Source of the DNA: a virus | Taxonomy: Duplodnaviria > Caudoviricetes | Strand: one strand, 5' to 3' | DNA length: 64,000 nt | Virus record (IMG/VR): IMGVR_UViG_3300027210_000001 | Location: 17,322-81,321 of that record | Shown here: positions 8,679 to 17,903 of the stretch, one piece after another | Position numbering within the stretch: position 1 is the first letter of the stretch | How the letters are laid out: every line of letters starts with the position of its first letter | Position numbers and translations under genes: made by a program | Notes under the pieces: model-generated | Databases searched by the model: none | What the model was told of the DNA's origin: nothing | Seen by the model: the letters and a program-made list of their open reading frames with translations, nothing else

Positions 8679-9809
8679 ATGCATCCCGAAGAAGCCAGGA
8701 AACTTTTCTTTAAAGAAGTTGACAATTGCTATTGGAATCCAAAGCTAAGTATTAAAGTTGCTCCCAATGGGGATCGTACGGTTGTTACATCAGCTGCATT
8801 GCAGAAAAACGAACCACTTGTTGTTTTAAATAAGAACGCATTTTTTAATGCAGAAAAATGTATTGAACATTCTAAAGAAGATATTTCAAGTATTCGTAAA
8901 ACACTTATTATTCCTGCATATCTTTATCAGTTCTACACAAATCATGGGGCCACAGCACTTGATGGTTACGCTTATTACTTCAATGCATTGCCGACGTATG
9001 AATGGTACGAACAAAACCATGAGGTATTTAAAATTTATTTAAAGCTGACTGGAAAACAAAGAAAAGAACTGCATGATAATTTTTACGTGTTTGAGCAAAT
9101 TGATTCTTTCATTGAATGGGCAAGTCAAATCCCTGGGCATACAGTAGATAAAGAACAAGCTATTCGTAGTGTTCTTGCATCTTTAACCAGGACTTGGTCT
9201 TCTGTTGGTTTAGTGCCATGGATTGATTTTTGTAACCATTCATATGAAGGAAGCTTTCTACAGAGTGAGGGAACTACGATTGTAGCTTCTCATGCTTACA
9301 GCAAAGACGAAGAAGTTAACGTAACCTATGGCGTAAAGGATAGCTTGCAGTTATTGAGTGTGTATGGTTATGCAGCAAAAGATAAAACTGTTGGAATTAA
9401 ATTTCCTCCAATCTCTTCTTTTGCTTTGGCCGTTGATTCAGGTCTTCAAAAGTACGCTGACTCTTCTGTGTCTGCCCCATGCTTACTTGGTAAACAGCTA
9501 AGGAATTTTGATTTTCTTCTTTCGCATATGCGTCTTTGTGTATTCGATAAAGTAGATGCTCTTACTTGTTCTGACCCAGAGGAAGCCTGCCAAACTTTTT
9601 TGAATGCTCAGAATGAATTAAAAGCTTTAAAACTTTTTCTACACATGGTCCAAGTAACACAAAAGAATCTTGAAGAGTTAAAAAACAAAACAGAAAAAGC
9701 GCTAGGGAAAATCCCTGAAGTCCTTGAAGAAGATTTTAAAGGTAAAGATGAAGTGTTTAACAATATAACCAAAAGGATTTACAAACACTGGCTTGACTTA
9801 TTGTCTTAG
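8679..9809 (+). CDS. SET-domain methyltransferase, Rubisco-LSMT/SETD3-like architecture
   Basis: LVPWIDFCNHS (SET motif III), EEVNVTYG...LLSVYGY (post-SET YG..YG), helical C-terminal region with NELKAL. Confidence 0.8.
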   Translation: MHPEEARKLFFKEVDNCYWNPKLSIKVAPNGDRTVVTSAALQKNEPLVVLNKNAFFNAEKCIEHSKEDISSIRKTLIIPAYLYQFYTNHGATALDGYAYYFNALPTYEWYEQNHEVFKIYLKLTGKQRKELHDNFYVFEQIDSFIEWASQIPGHTVDKEQAIRSVLASLTRTWSSVGLVPWIDFCNHSYEGSFLQSEGTTIVASHAYSKDEEVNVTYGVKDSLQLLSVYGYAAKDKTVGIKFPPISSFALAVDSGLQKYADSSVSAPCLLGKQLRNFDFLLSHMRLCVFDKVDALTCSDPEEACQTFLNAQNELKALKLFLHMVQVTQKNLEELKNKTEKALGKIPEVLEEDFKGKDEVFNNITKRIYKHWLDLLS

Positions 9810-9815
9810 CCTATC

Positions 9816-9842
9816 CGTCCTAAGCAAGACGTTAAACTGCTT
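9816..9842 (+). promoter_or_regulatory. leader H-type pseudoknot motif, copy 3
   Basis: CGTC/GACG and AAGCA/TGCTT, TTAAAC linker; followed by GCAA and GCAC hairpins. Confidence 0.7.
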
Positions 9843-9882
9843 GCCCCGCAAGGGGTCTGGTAAAGTTCCCGCACGGGAATAT

Positions 9883-9909
9883 GGACCCGAGATGTCCCTA
9901 AACTCATTC
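9883..9909 (+). promoter_or_regulatory. leader H-type pseudoknot motif, copy 4 (GGAC variant)
   Basis: GGAC/GTCC, GAG/CTC, CTAAAC linker; close in sequence to copy 1. Confidence 0.55.
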
Positions 9910-9942
9910 ATTAGTTCCGCTTATCAATCGCATTCAACACCA

Positions 9943-10704
9943 ATGCAACTCCTCAAATTTTCCAACGGCAACGGCAAACTCAAGAATCGTCTGATCTTCT
10001 CGCTGCCTGCTGGCCACTCATGCCCACACGCTGGTGTCTGTAAGACATTTGCTGACCGTGTCACAGGACTCATCACTGACCTGCCCCAGTACACGGGCAC
10101 AGAAGCAGATGAGTTCCGTTGCTTTGCTGCCATGGCAGAGGTGCGGCCCAACGTTCGTGCGGCACGCTGGCACAACTGGGATCTTATCCGTGAGGTCATC
10201 CATTCCAATGGCAACCAAGCCGTGCTGCTTCGTGACTTGATCGACTTGTCACTCACCATGCAAGCACCTAAGGATCTGGTGCGTGTCCATGAGTCTGGTG
10301 ACTTTTGGACTGAGAACTACATGCGGGCTTGGCTAATGGTTGCTGCCCAGCGACCCAAGCAAAAGTTCTATGCCTACACCAAGTCTCTTGGCATGTGGTA
10401 CAACCTGCGTAACCAGATTCCATCCAACTTCTATCTCACCGCATCTTGCGGTGGGACACTCGACTACTTGATCCCCAAGTACAGCGCTGTGTTCCAGCGA
10501 GTTGCTTACGTTGTGTACACAGAAGAACAGGCAGCAGAGCTGGGTCTTGAGATTGATCATTCTGATGAGTTATGCTTGGGTTCTAAGCCATTTGCTCTTT
10601 TGGTTCATGGATCTCAACGAGCAGGATCAGAAGCAAGCCAAGCAATTTCTACACGGAAAAAAGAAGGAGGATTTATTGGGTATGGACGAACCCACAAAAA
10701 ATAA
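9943..10704 (+). CDS. Gp88-family protein
   Basis: FSLPAGHSCPHAGVC...CFA, VRVHESGDF, FYAYTK; likely start MQLLKFS. Confidence 0.8.
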   Translation: MQLLKFSNGNGKLKNRLIFSLPAGHSCPHAGVCKTFADRVTGLITDLPQYTGTEADEFRCFAAMAEVRPNVRAARWHNWDLIREVIHSNGNQAVLLRDLIDLSLTMQAPKDLVRVHESGDFWTENYMRAWLMVAAQRPKQKFYAYTKSLGMWYNLRNQIPSNFYLTASCGGTLDYLIPKYSAVFQRVAYVVYTEEQAAELGLEIDHSDELCLGSKPFALLVHGSQRAGSEASQAISTRKKEGGFIGYGRTHKK

Positions 10705-11143
10705 ACCCTGCATTAAATGCGGAAGTCTTAGGAGGTATCCTCCTCGCCCCGGTACAAAAACCGGGGCCTGTATTGATTGTTGTAATGCTAGAAATAAAAA
10801 ATGGGAACACAAAAATAAAGAACGCATAAAAGAAATTCAAACTTCTTATAAAACAAAGAACATTGAAACATGGAAAAAAAGTAAACAAAAATCAGCCGAA
10901 AAAGAACGCAGGTTAAATCCTGTTAAAACACAAGCTCGCATGGCCGTTAAGTCGGCAATTGAAAAAGGAATTCTTCCTAAGCTTTCGACTTGTGTCTGTC
11001 TTGATTGCAAAAAACCTGCTAGCGATTATCACCATGAAAACTATGATGAACCTTTAACTGTTATTCCTCTATGTCGTTACTGTCATATAAAAAGACACAG
11101 GCAAATCAAAAAAGAATCTGTAGGATCTTGCGTGCCTAGATAA
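10682..11143 (+). CDS. HNH endonuclease
   Basis: N-terminal CxxC...CxxC; C-terminal CLDC...YHHENYDEPLTVIPLCRYCH; AT-rich. Confidence 0.8.
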   Translation: MDEPTKNKPCIKCGSLRRYPPRPGTKTGACIDCCNARNKKWEHKNKERIKEIQTSYKTKNIETWKKSKQKSAEKERRLNPVKTQARMAVKSAIEKGILPKLSTCVCLDCKKPASDYHHENYDEPLTVIPLCRYCHIKRHRQIKKESVGSCVPR

Positions 11144-11178
11144 ATGCGGTAACATCTGTCAGTCTTCTTGATTGACAG

Positions 11179-11412
11179 ATGTCTTACATGCTTGCTTGCT
11201 GGAGGTGGAACGAACCTTACGGGGTGACTGCCTCCAGTTCTTCTAATAAATTTGAGTTGATTCCGCTAGACTCAGACTCTGCATTATCCAAGGTATTTAG
11301 TCATCCGTACCGCTCGGGTGCACAGAAAATCTTGAGCTGGATCAAAGAGAATGACGACAGCATCAACAGTGAAGAACTCTCAATTCAAGATGTTGCCCGG
11401 TTCCAACGATGA
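11179..11412 (+). CDS. hypothetical protein
   Basis: 77-aa ORF whose ATG lies in the 3' arm of a 10-bp hairpin. Confidence 0.65.
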   Translation: MSYMLACWRWNEPYGVTASSSSNKFELIPLDSDSALSKVFSHPYRSGAQKILSWIKENDDSINSEELSIQDVARFQR

Positions 11413-13216
11413 ACGTTGGTTAATTTTTGACCTGGAGTCCGATGGTCTCTATGATAATGTGACGGTCATCCATTGCATTGTCATATATGACGTTGGACTC
11501 CAACAAACTTTTAGCTATGGGCCTGATCGCATTGCTGACGCTCTTGCTCATCTGGCAACCGCTGATGTTTTAATCGGCCACAACATCTTGTTTTATGACG
11601 TTCCTGTCTTAAGTAAACTGCATCCATCAATCCAACTCAACGGACGAATCATTGACACACTCATCTGCACCAGGCTCATCTGGCCCAAGGAAGTTCTCTA
11701 CGGTCGTGACGAAGAACAATATCCGCAGGTTCCGAAGGGTCTCAAGGGATCTGCATCCCTCAAGGCTTGGGGATGGCGGCTGGCCGATCACAAGATCGAC
11801 TTCAAAGACTTCAGTGAGTATTCCCAGGAGATGCTTGACTACTGCGTCCAAGATGTCAATGTCACTAAGAAACTATGGGAGCACATCGTTAAAGAAAAGT
11901 ATCCAGAGCCTGCGTTATTGCTTGAGCATTCTTTTGCCCTCGCGATTAACAAACAAATTAGATCAGGTATTTCATTTGATGTTGATGCAGCTCTTGATCT
12001 CGTGGATGATTTACGAGCAAAGAAAGAACAACTTGATGGAAAGCTAAAGGAAATTTTTCCACCTATTGAACACAAGAGTTTGTTCACCCCTAAGGTGAAC
12101 AATAAAACTCGTGGCTATGTCAAGGGTGTGCCCTTTGAAAAGGTAAGGACTGAACAGTTCAATCCTGGGTCCCGCCAACAAATTGTTGACCGACTCAAAA
12201 GTAAGTACGGTTGGGAACCAGAGAAGACAACTGAGAAAGGTAATCCAATTCTTGATGACGAAGTATTGGAGAAGCTTCCTTACCCTGAAGCACAAGCATT
12301 GGCTGAGTACATGCTTGTTGCTAAACGTCTAGGTCAACTTAAAGATGGCAACAATGCTTGGCTCAAGTTGGTGAACAATGACAGTGGCCGTATGCACGGT
12401 GATGTCGTTACCAACGGATGCATCACAGGTCGTTGTGCACATCGTTATCCAAACATGGGTCAAGTACCTGCAGGTTATTCACCCTATGGAAAAGAATGCC
12501 GTTCGTTATTTCATGCTCCTGATGGTTGGGATCTTATTGGGATCGACGCTAAAGCTTTGGAGCTTAGGTGTCTTGCTGGGTACCTAGCCCTTTGGGATGA
12601 CGGTGAGTACGCATCAATTGTCACTAACCCTGATATTGATATTCATGTGTACAACCAAGAGAAGTTTAATGTTGAAACACGTGATATCAGTAAACGTTTG
12701 TTGTACGGAATGTTATATGGTTGTGGCGCCGTCAAGGCGGGCACAATTATTGACCCGAATGAAAAAGATGAATTTGTTCTGCGAAAACTAGGAAAGAACG
12801 CAATCGATTCATTCATGACCGGTGTGCCAGCACTGAAGCAACTGAAGGAAAAGATTGAATCTAATATTGCATTCCGCAGTTACTTGATAGGACTAGACCG
12901 TCGCATCTTGTATTGCCGGTCTGCATTCAAAGGGTTGAACGTGTTGTTGCAATCAGCAGGTGCAATTATCATGAAGCAAGTTGTTGTCACGATTCACAAC
13001 AACATTGAACAGAACCTTGGCTTGGTATATGGCCAGGGGTGGGAGCAGGCTCTCATGGTCCACGATGAGATTCAACTTGTGTGTAACCCCGTGAACACTG
13101 AGCAGATCAGGGAGCAGGCTATGCTTGCCTTCCCAGCAGCTGGGGACTTCTTTGATTTTCGTTGCAAAATTGAAGGTGACTCCAGAGTTGGATACACTTG
13201 GGCGGAGACGCACTAG
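11390..13216 (+). CDS. polA: family A DNA polymerase with 3'-5' exonuclease (T7 gp5-like, Tyr762 type)
   Basis: Exo I FDLE, Exo II GHNILFYD, Exo III YCVQD; motif A IDAKALE, motif B KRLLYGMLYG, motif C VHDE. Confidence 0.96.
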   Translation: MLPGSNDERWLIFDLESDGLYDNVTVIHCIVIYDVGLQQTFSYGPDRIADALAHLATADVLIGHNILFYDVPVLSKLHPSIQLNGRIIDTLICTRLIWPKEVLYGRDEEQYPQVPKGLKGSASLKAWGWRLADHKIDFKDFSEYSQEMLDYCVQDVNVTKKLWEHIVKEKYPEPALLLEHSFALAINKQIRSGISFDVDAALDLVDDLRAKKEQLDGKLKEIFPPIEHKSLFTPKVNNKTRGYVKGVPFEKVRTEQFNPGSRQQIVDRLKSKYGWEPEKTTEKGNPILDDEVLEKLPYPEAQALAEYMLVAKRLGQLKDGNNAWLKLVNNDSGRMHGDVVTNGCITGRCAHRYPNMGQVPAGYSPYGKECRSLFHAPDGWDLIGIDAKALELRCLAGYLALWDDGEYASIVTNPDIDIHVYNQEKFNVETRDISKRLLYGMLYGCGAVKAGTIIDPNEKDEFVLRKLGKNAIDSFMTGVPALKQLKEKIESNIAFRSYLIGLDRRILYCRSAFKGLNVLLQSAGAIIMKQVVVTIHNNIEQNLGLVYGQGWEQALMVHDEIQLVCNPVNTEQIREQAMLAFPAAGDFFDFRCKIEGDSRVGYTWAETH

Positions 13217-13227
13217 TAAAATCAATC

Positions 13228-13254
13228 CGTCCTAAGTAAGACGCTAAACTGCTT
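13228..13254 (+). promoter_or_regulatory. leader H-type pseudoknot motif, copy 5
   Basis: CGTC/GACG and AAGTA/TGCTT (one G-U), CTAAAC linker; 21 nt before the SSB-like ATG. Confidence 0.7.
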
Positions 13255-13275
13255 TAACACTTCACATCGGATTTA

Positions 13276-14088
13276 ATGAACTTCGTTGACGTTTGCGCCA
13301 TTCTTTGCGAGGACCCTCGTGAGGTGTACACCAGTGCAACCTCTTCCAACTACTGTGCTGAAGTAACGCTTCCGCCAGTTGGCAACAAAGCTCCAACCCA
13401 TCTCATCTTCAATGTATACGGAAAGTCCTGCGACAAGTTCAAGCAACTTAAGAAGGGACAACGTGTGTACATTCACGGCGCCAAGCTACGGTATGATCTT
13501 GAAGCAAAAGCACACTCACTCCATGGAGGAGTGGTTGCTCAAATTACTGAAGCATTCCCTCTCTTCAACGACGTTATCTTGACTGGTCGCTGTGTCAAAG
13601 ACATTGACCAGAATGATGCACGTGCCTTCAAGACAACAGCTGATGGCTTAATGATCTGTAGCCAAACACTATCAGTTAATACTGGTCGCAACCAGGCTGA
13701 TCTGTTTAACTTCTACGCAATTAACACTGCGCAAGATAAGTTGAACCAAGCTGAACTTCTGCTTAACTTCACCAGGAAAGGCACTGGTCTTACAATCCGT
13801 GGCCGCTTGGCAACAGATGTATGGACCGATAAGGAAACAAAAGAACGTCGTAGCCTTACCAAGATCCAGCTGGTGTCCATGACCTTGGCACCCAAGCAGG
13901 CTGACTCTCAGCCAAAGACAGTGACTACGCAAACAACCGTGGCTGAATCCACGAACGTTGCTAGCCTATGGGGCGGACGTAGCGTTGAAGAGGACTCTGA
14001 TCCTTGGACACGTACCTCTGGTGGCGGCCTGCCTGACCTGCCTGGTCAATATGGCGCAGCACCTACTCTCAGTGAAGAACCCTTTTGA
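13276..14088 (+). CDS. single-stranded DNA-binding protein-like (two OB-like repeats, acidic tail)
   Basis: LKKGQRVYIHG and TRKGTGLTIRGRLATDVWTDKETKE (SSB-like); disordered tail ending EEPF. Confidence 0.7.
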   Translation: MNFVDVCAILCEDPREVYTSATSSNYCAEVTLPPVGNKAPTHLIFNVYGKSCDKFKQLKKGQRVYIHGAKLRYDLEAKAHSLHGGVVAQITEAFPLFNDVILTGRCVKDIDQNDARAFKTTADGLMICSQTLSVNTGRNQADLFNFYAINTAQDKLNQAELLLNFTRKGTGLTIRGRLATDVWTDKETKERRSLTKIQLVSMTLAPKQADSQPKTVTTQTTVAESTNVASLWGGRSVEEDSDPWTRTSGGGLPDLPGQYGAAPTLSEEPF

Positions 14089-14333
14089 TTGCCATGACAA
14101 TTCAAGTTGACTGCTTTGATTCCACTCCTCTTTCTTTTGAGGACGTAGTGGCTTATGAGTTCTTTATGGACAACATAAGCTTTTTTTTCCGAGAGAAAGA
14201 ACAAAGCGGAGAAGAGTTTGCGCAATCAGTTGCAACGCTTGCCAGGTCTGCTTACTTGATTGCAGAAGTTTTTGCTGATGCACGCAAGCTTCGGCTTGAA
14301 TCCAACAGCGAGGAAACCAATGTCGAAAGCTGA
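14085..14333 (+). CDS. hypothetical protein
   Basis: 82-aa ORF coupled to neighbours. Confidence 0.65.
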   Translation: MIAMTIQVDCFDSTPLSFEDVVAYEFFMDNISFFFREKEQSGEEFAQSVATLARSAYLIAEVFADARKLRLESNSEETNVES

Positions 14334-14559
14334 TCAACGGATGAAGTTTACTTTGGAAGAAGAAGATTACACCATCGTATTTCAAAGCGATGGTGTCACC
14401 ACTGATGAAATCCTTGAGCACTTCGTAATGTTTATGAAGGGCTGTGGGTACCAAGAGGACAGCATCTACTCCTCGTTCCAGGAAACCCTGGATGAACGTG
14501 AAGCTTTGTCAAAGGCTCACGCTCTCTATGACGTGGCTGGCTGCAAAGACCTAGTATGA
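14320..14559 (+). CDS. hypothetical protein
   Basis: Likely start MSKADQ; TTDEILEHFVMFMKGCGY motif. Confidence 0.7.
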   Translation: MSKADQRMKFTLEEEDYTIVFQSDGVTTDEILEHFVMFMKGCGYQEDSIYSSFQETLDEREALSKAHALYDVAGCKDLV

Positions 14560-14564
14560 GCACC

Positions 14565-14591
14565 CGCCTCGGGATGGCGTTAAAAGCGTCC
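14565..14591 (+). promoter_or_regulatory. leader H-type pseudoknot motif, copy 6
   Basis: Compensatory stem1 CGCC/GGCG, stem2 GGAT/GTCC, TTAAAAGC linker; 22 nt before ATG 14614. Confidence 0.6.
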
Positions 14592-14613
14592 ACAACCAAA
14601 CCCTGAACAAACT

Positions 14614-15633
14614 ATGACTGCCTCGATGACTACCAAGAAAACCTCTGCGCTTGCAACCCGTGGCCTGGAATCTTTTAAACTTTTTCAATCAAAAGAATTC
14701 GTCTCAGGCTACCAAAACCTCGTTACTATTCAGCCCCTCAACAAATCCAAGACACGAGGTTGGTTCGTGCGGAACTCGGACCTTGACACTTGCGGATGGA
14801 ATGCCACTGAAAGTGACTTTGCTAAGGGTTCAGTTATCTGGAACTACAAGCAAACTTTTGGTATGGCTCCCAACACTTCAATTGAAGAAGGACTCAATTT
14901 TGTTGAGCCTCGTATTCAGATCCTTCTACGTTCTCCCCTTATGGTTGAGGAAACCACAGGGATGAGGCAGACGATTGGCACCTTTGACAATCCTGAAGTC
15001 AAAGAGATGTGGGAAGCTGACAAGATTGCAGCCGAACTGGAAGGCAGCAAGGGCAATCTCTACAAGCGTAAGTACAGTGTACGTACAAAGTACCTGGTGT
15101 ATGTCTTGACCCAAGACAACAAGCGTGCCCATAAGATCCCCATGGTGTTGACACTGAAGGGATTGAATGGCACCGATGTCAGCGACAAAGTCAAGATGTA
15201 TGAAAAGGAAATGTCCAAGTGTCTGAGCAAGGCACTGGATGCTGAAGTACCTCTGAGCTTCAATGAAAAGTTCTACGCAACTACCGTATTTGCTCCAGTA
15301 CTTGCCAACGAAATGCGCGGAGCCAACAACGTTGAGATCTGTGCAATTGAATCTTTTGACATTCCTGGTTACAGCACCCAAGAAGAAGCAGTCGAATCAC
15401 TGAGTCGCATGTCGATTCCTGATGAAGATCGTGAATCTACTTGGAAGTACCAAGAGCTGTTCAATGATTACATCAACATCCATGCCAAGCAGGATGCGCA
15501 AAAGCTTGGCGGTGCCTATGGCATCAAAGAAGGTGTCGAGATCCTTCCGGTGTCTCGCACCATGGATGCAGTCGAAGTGAAAGCTTTGCCTGGCCGTAAT
15601 GAACTCACGGGTGAGGACAATAGCCTCAGCTGA
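14614..15633 (+). CDS. conserved hypothetical protein (possibly DUF5895-like, replication/recombination region)
   Basis: 339-aa ORF with strong codon bias; PRIQILLRSPL motif. Confidence 0.75.
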   Translation: MTASMTTKKTSALATRGLESFKLFQSKEFVSGYQNLVTIQPLNKSKTRGWFVRNSDLDTCGWNATESDFAKGSVIWNYKQTFGMAPNTSIEEGLNFVEPRIQILLRSPLMVEETTGMRQTIGTFDNPEVKEMWEADKIAAELEGSKGNLYKRKYSVRTKYLVYVLTQDNKRAHKIPMVLTLKGLNGTDVSDKVKMYEKEMSKCLSKALDAEVPLSFNEKFYATTVFAPVLANEMRGANNVEICAIESFDIPGYSTQEEAVESLSRMSIPDEDRESTWKYQELFNDYINIHAKQDAQKLGGAYGIKEGVEILPVSRTMDAVEVKALPGRNELTGEDNSLS

Positions 15634-15853
15634 GTGAGTCGGTGATGTCCTTGGCTTTGCTTGAGTAATTCTCATGCATCAAGTTAAGGGCATCATTCAC
15701 TAATCCTTTGATAGCCATTTGTCGTGTTGTTGCAATCTTTGTCAACAGCACGGCAATTTCTTTTAGTTCACTAAGAGATGTACAGTCATTAATTGTTCTG
15801 AACATTTTCTCTTGCCAAAACAGATCCTCTGCAGATGATTCAAATTTCAACAT
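15626..15853 (-). CDS. hypothetical protein
   Basis: 75-aa helical ORF filling the gap on the opposite strand. Confidence 0.65.
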   Translation of the reverse strand: MLKFESSAEDLFWQEKMFRTINDCTSLSELKEIAVLLTKIATTRQMAIKGLVNDALNLMHENYSSKAKDITDSLS

Positions 15854-15933
15854 GAGATTAAATTGTTTAGGTCCATTCTAATTGTTACATTTAAACTGAG
15901 TTCAAACCATTTGATTGTGTTAAGGATTACCAA

Positions 15934-16125
15934 ATGAAACCTGAAGATAGAGCAGCTGTCAAGGCTGCGGGTGTTACGTTTCTTGTAGCGGGTGCTGCCG
16001 CTGCACTCATTGCAAATCCTGTAGCTTGGGGCGTGGCTGCCTTCGGCTCGTATAGGATGGGCAAGTTGGCACGCAAGAATGTCAAGGAGCAGCACCAGGA
16101 GAACGACCAGGACCTCTTCATCTAA
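15934..16125 (+). CDS. small hydrophobic protein
   Basis: Ala/Gly-rich hydrophobic segment. Confidence 0.65.
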   Translation: MKPEDRAAVKAAGVTFLVAGAAAALIANPVAWGVAAFGSYRMGKLARKNVKEQHQENDQDLFI

Positions 16126-16139
16126 CTTAACTCAGACTC

Positions 16140-17081
16140 ATGCAACTCCAAACCGAACTCAACTCAGCTCAAGCCCTCATCTACTCTCGGTCTAATATTG
16201 GTCGTGCGTATGCAGGTTTTGATGACACCGAAATCTCTGGCATTTATCTGCGAGATGACAATTGTATTGTGGTGCGTCGTGATGGTGATGAGCAGGCTTA
16301 CGACCGGACGTTGATCAAGACTGCGTTCCAGCAGTATACTCACCGACTCAAGGACTTCTTTTCTTACCTTGGCCCTAATTACCGTGGCCCTAGCGTATGG
16401 CATAACAATGCTTACGTTATGTTTAAGGGCTGGAACTACTCACACGCACTCGGACACCTGACTTCCAATGCCAAGCTCCAACAACACTGGGCAGACAAGT
16501 TTATCCATCTGTCAGACCCAGGTAAAGTCGTTGCCCTCCTCCAAAATGACCAGACGGATCTGGGACATCTGGTTGCGCCGGATGGGCTTCGGAGTCCGAC
16601 TCGGCCAATTGACTTGGAGTCTGAGCTGGAGGAAAACGCCTCCGGTGTTCAGGCCAGCACTCCTGAACCTTACTGTTCATGTGGGTCCTTTCAGCGTCAA
16701 CTTCTTGATGTTTCGTTATTCCAACAAGAGATTGAAGGATTCAAACCCTGGTGCATCCACCTGACTTGGTTCCATAAGTACCGTGAGTTGTTGTGCAAAC
16801 GGACTGAGGTGCGTAATGCATTGCTCAGTGGTACACCTGACAAGTGTGTGGCATGGTGGTATGCGCCTCCTGTTGATCACCTCAGCGATGGCAAGTTTGT
16901 ACTGCTGCATACCAAGTCTGGTGCTCAGGCTCCACTGACTCACTGGCGTACGTACAAACCTAAGGAGGTGTTCAACCAAACGCATGCCTGGGATCTATTT
17001 TTCAATATGATGGAGGCTGGCTACGTACCATTTCCTGGTACTGCACTGCCACAACTTCAATCTGCAATCAAAAAGAAATGA
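16140..17081 (+). CDS. SWIM zinc-finger protein
   Basis: YCSCGSF...WCIH (CxC...CxH). Confidence 0.75.
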   Translation: MQLQTELNSAQALIYSRSNIGRAYAGFDDTEISGIYLRDDNCIVVRRDGDEQAYDRTLIKTAFQQYTHRLKDFFSYLGPNYRGPSVWHNNAYVMFKGWNYSHALGHLTSNAKLQQHWADKFIHLSDPGKVVALLQNDQTDLGHLVAPDGLRSPTRPIDLESELEENASGVQASTPEPYCSCGSFQRQLLDVSLFQQEIEGFKPWCIHLTWFHKYRELLCKRTEVRNALLSGTPDKCVAWWYAPPVDHLSDGKFVLLHTKSGAQAPLTHWRTYKPKEVFNQTHAWDLFFNMMEAGYVPFPGTALPQLQSAIKKK

Positions 17082-17245
17082 CTGAGCAACCAACTAACTG
17101 CATTACATTCAATGTACCGCCAACAGAAGAGGTCATGCGCCTCGACAAAGAAGGCTTCCACTACCGGGGTCAGTTCATTGCTGATGCTGGTGAAGCATAC
17201 CGATTGATGGTGGAGTTCCTCAAGCAACAAACACAGCTCAAATGA
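17078..17245 (+). CDS. hypothetical protein (55 aa, not in ORF track)
   Basis: MTEQPTNCITF...QTQLK*, ATGA overlaps at both ends. Confidence 0.75.
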   Translation: MTEQPTNCITFNVPPTEEVMRLDKEGFHYRGQFIADAGEAYRLMVEFLKQQTQLK

Positions 17246-17445
17246 CTAATCAAAAACTAACTATGACTTTGATTGAGAAGCTTGAAGTAGAAGTTATTCA
17301 TGAAGAGGATGGTGGTTGCATTATCCGTGTTCATTGGGACAATGAAGATCCAGATCTTGAAGACTGGACAAACCTTGGTGAAGAAGGACAAAAATCCTTT
17401 ATCATTGATGCATTAACCAACGCACTTGCTTGCTATGTCGATTGA
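17242..17445 (+). CDS. hypothetical protein
   Basis: 67-aa acidic ORF. Confidence 0.7.
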   Translation: MTNQKLTMTLIEKLEVEVIHEEDGGCIIRVHWDNEDPDLEDWTNLGEEGQKSFIIDALTNALACYVD

Positions 17446-17830
17446 CACTTACGGCCTTGATGAAGATCGCTACCTTGAGATCTTTGAAGAGAAGTCTACG
17501 TTTCTTTTTAAAACAATGCGTGCACTTATTCGCGCATCAATGGATCAAAATGTAGATCTTAATGGGTGGCCCCATGATGTGATTTGGAGAATGTATGAGA
17601 GTGTTACATACGATGCCAATGATGAGGCTCGTGTGATCCAAAAGACTGAAGACCCTGAGAAAATTGCAGAGCGCTCTTACGATCCAATTACAATGTTTAC
17701 GCGTCAGGATTTGATGGATGAAATTAAATCCGTCGATGCCAAGGTCGAAGCATTGACTGACTACCTTGCTGAGTTGGTTAAGGTCACAACCAATGGACTC
17801 GACGGCATTGCCGAAACCCTGGTAGACTGA
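17426..17830 (+). CDS. hypothetical protein
   Basis: 134-aa ORF with C-terminal coiled coil. Confidence 0.75.
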   Translation: MLAMSIDTYGLDEDRYLEIFEEKSTFLFKTMRALIRASMDQNVDLNGWPHDVIWRMYESVTYDANDEARVIQKTEDPEKIAERSYDPITMFTRQDLMDEIKSVDAKVEALTDYLAELVKVTTNGLDGIAETLVD

Positions 17831-17856
17831 CCAGGTGCCTTAGGGCATGCATGTAC

Positions 17857-17884
17857 CGTCCTGGTCACGACGTAAAACTGACCA
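17857..17884 (+). promoter_or_regulatory. leader H-type pseudoknot motif, copy 7
   Basis: CGTC/GACG and TGGTCA/TGACCA, TAAAAC linker; 19 nt before ATG 17904. Confidence 0.75.
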
Positions 17885-17903
17885 CCCACCTCAACTCAAT
17901 CAC

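Noticed and set aside
9793-9942. The N-terminal extension of Gp88 given in the ORF track (similarly 10502, 11351, 18400, 7225)
   Set aside because: These extensions run through structured leaders or neighbouring genes; downstream ATGs give better starts.
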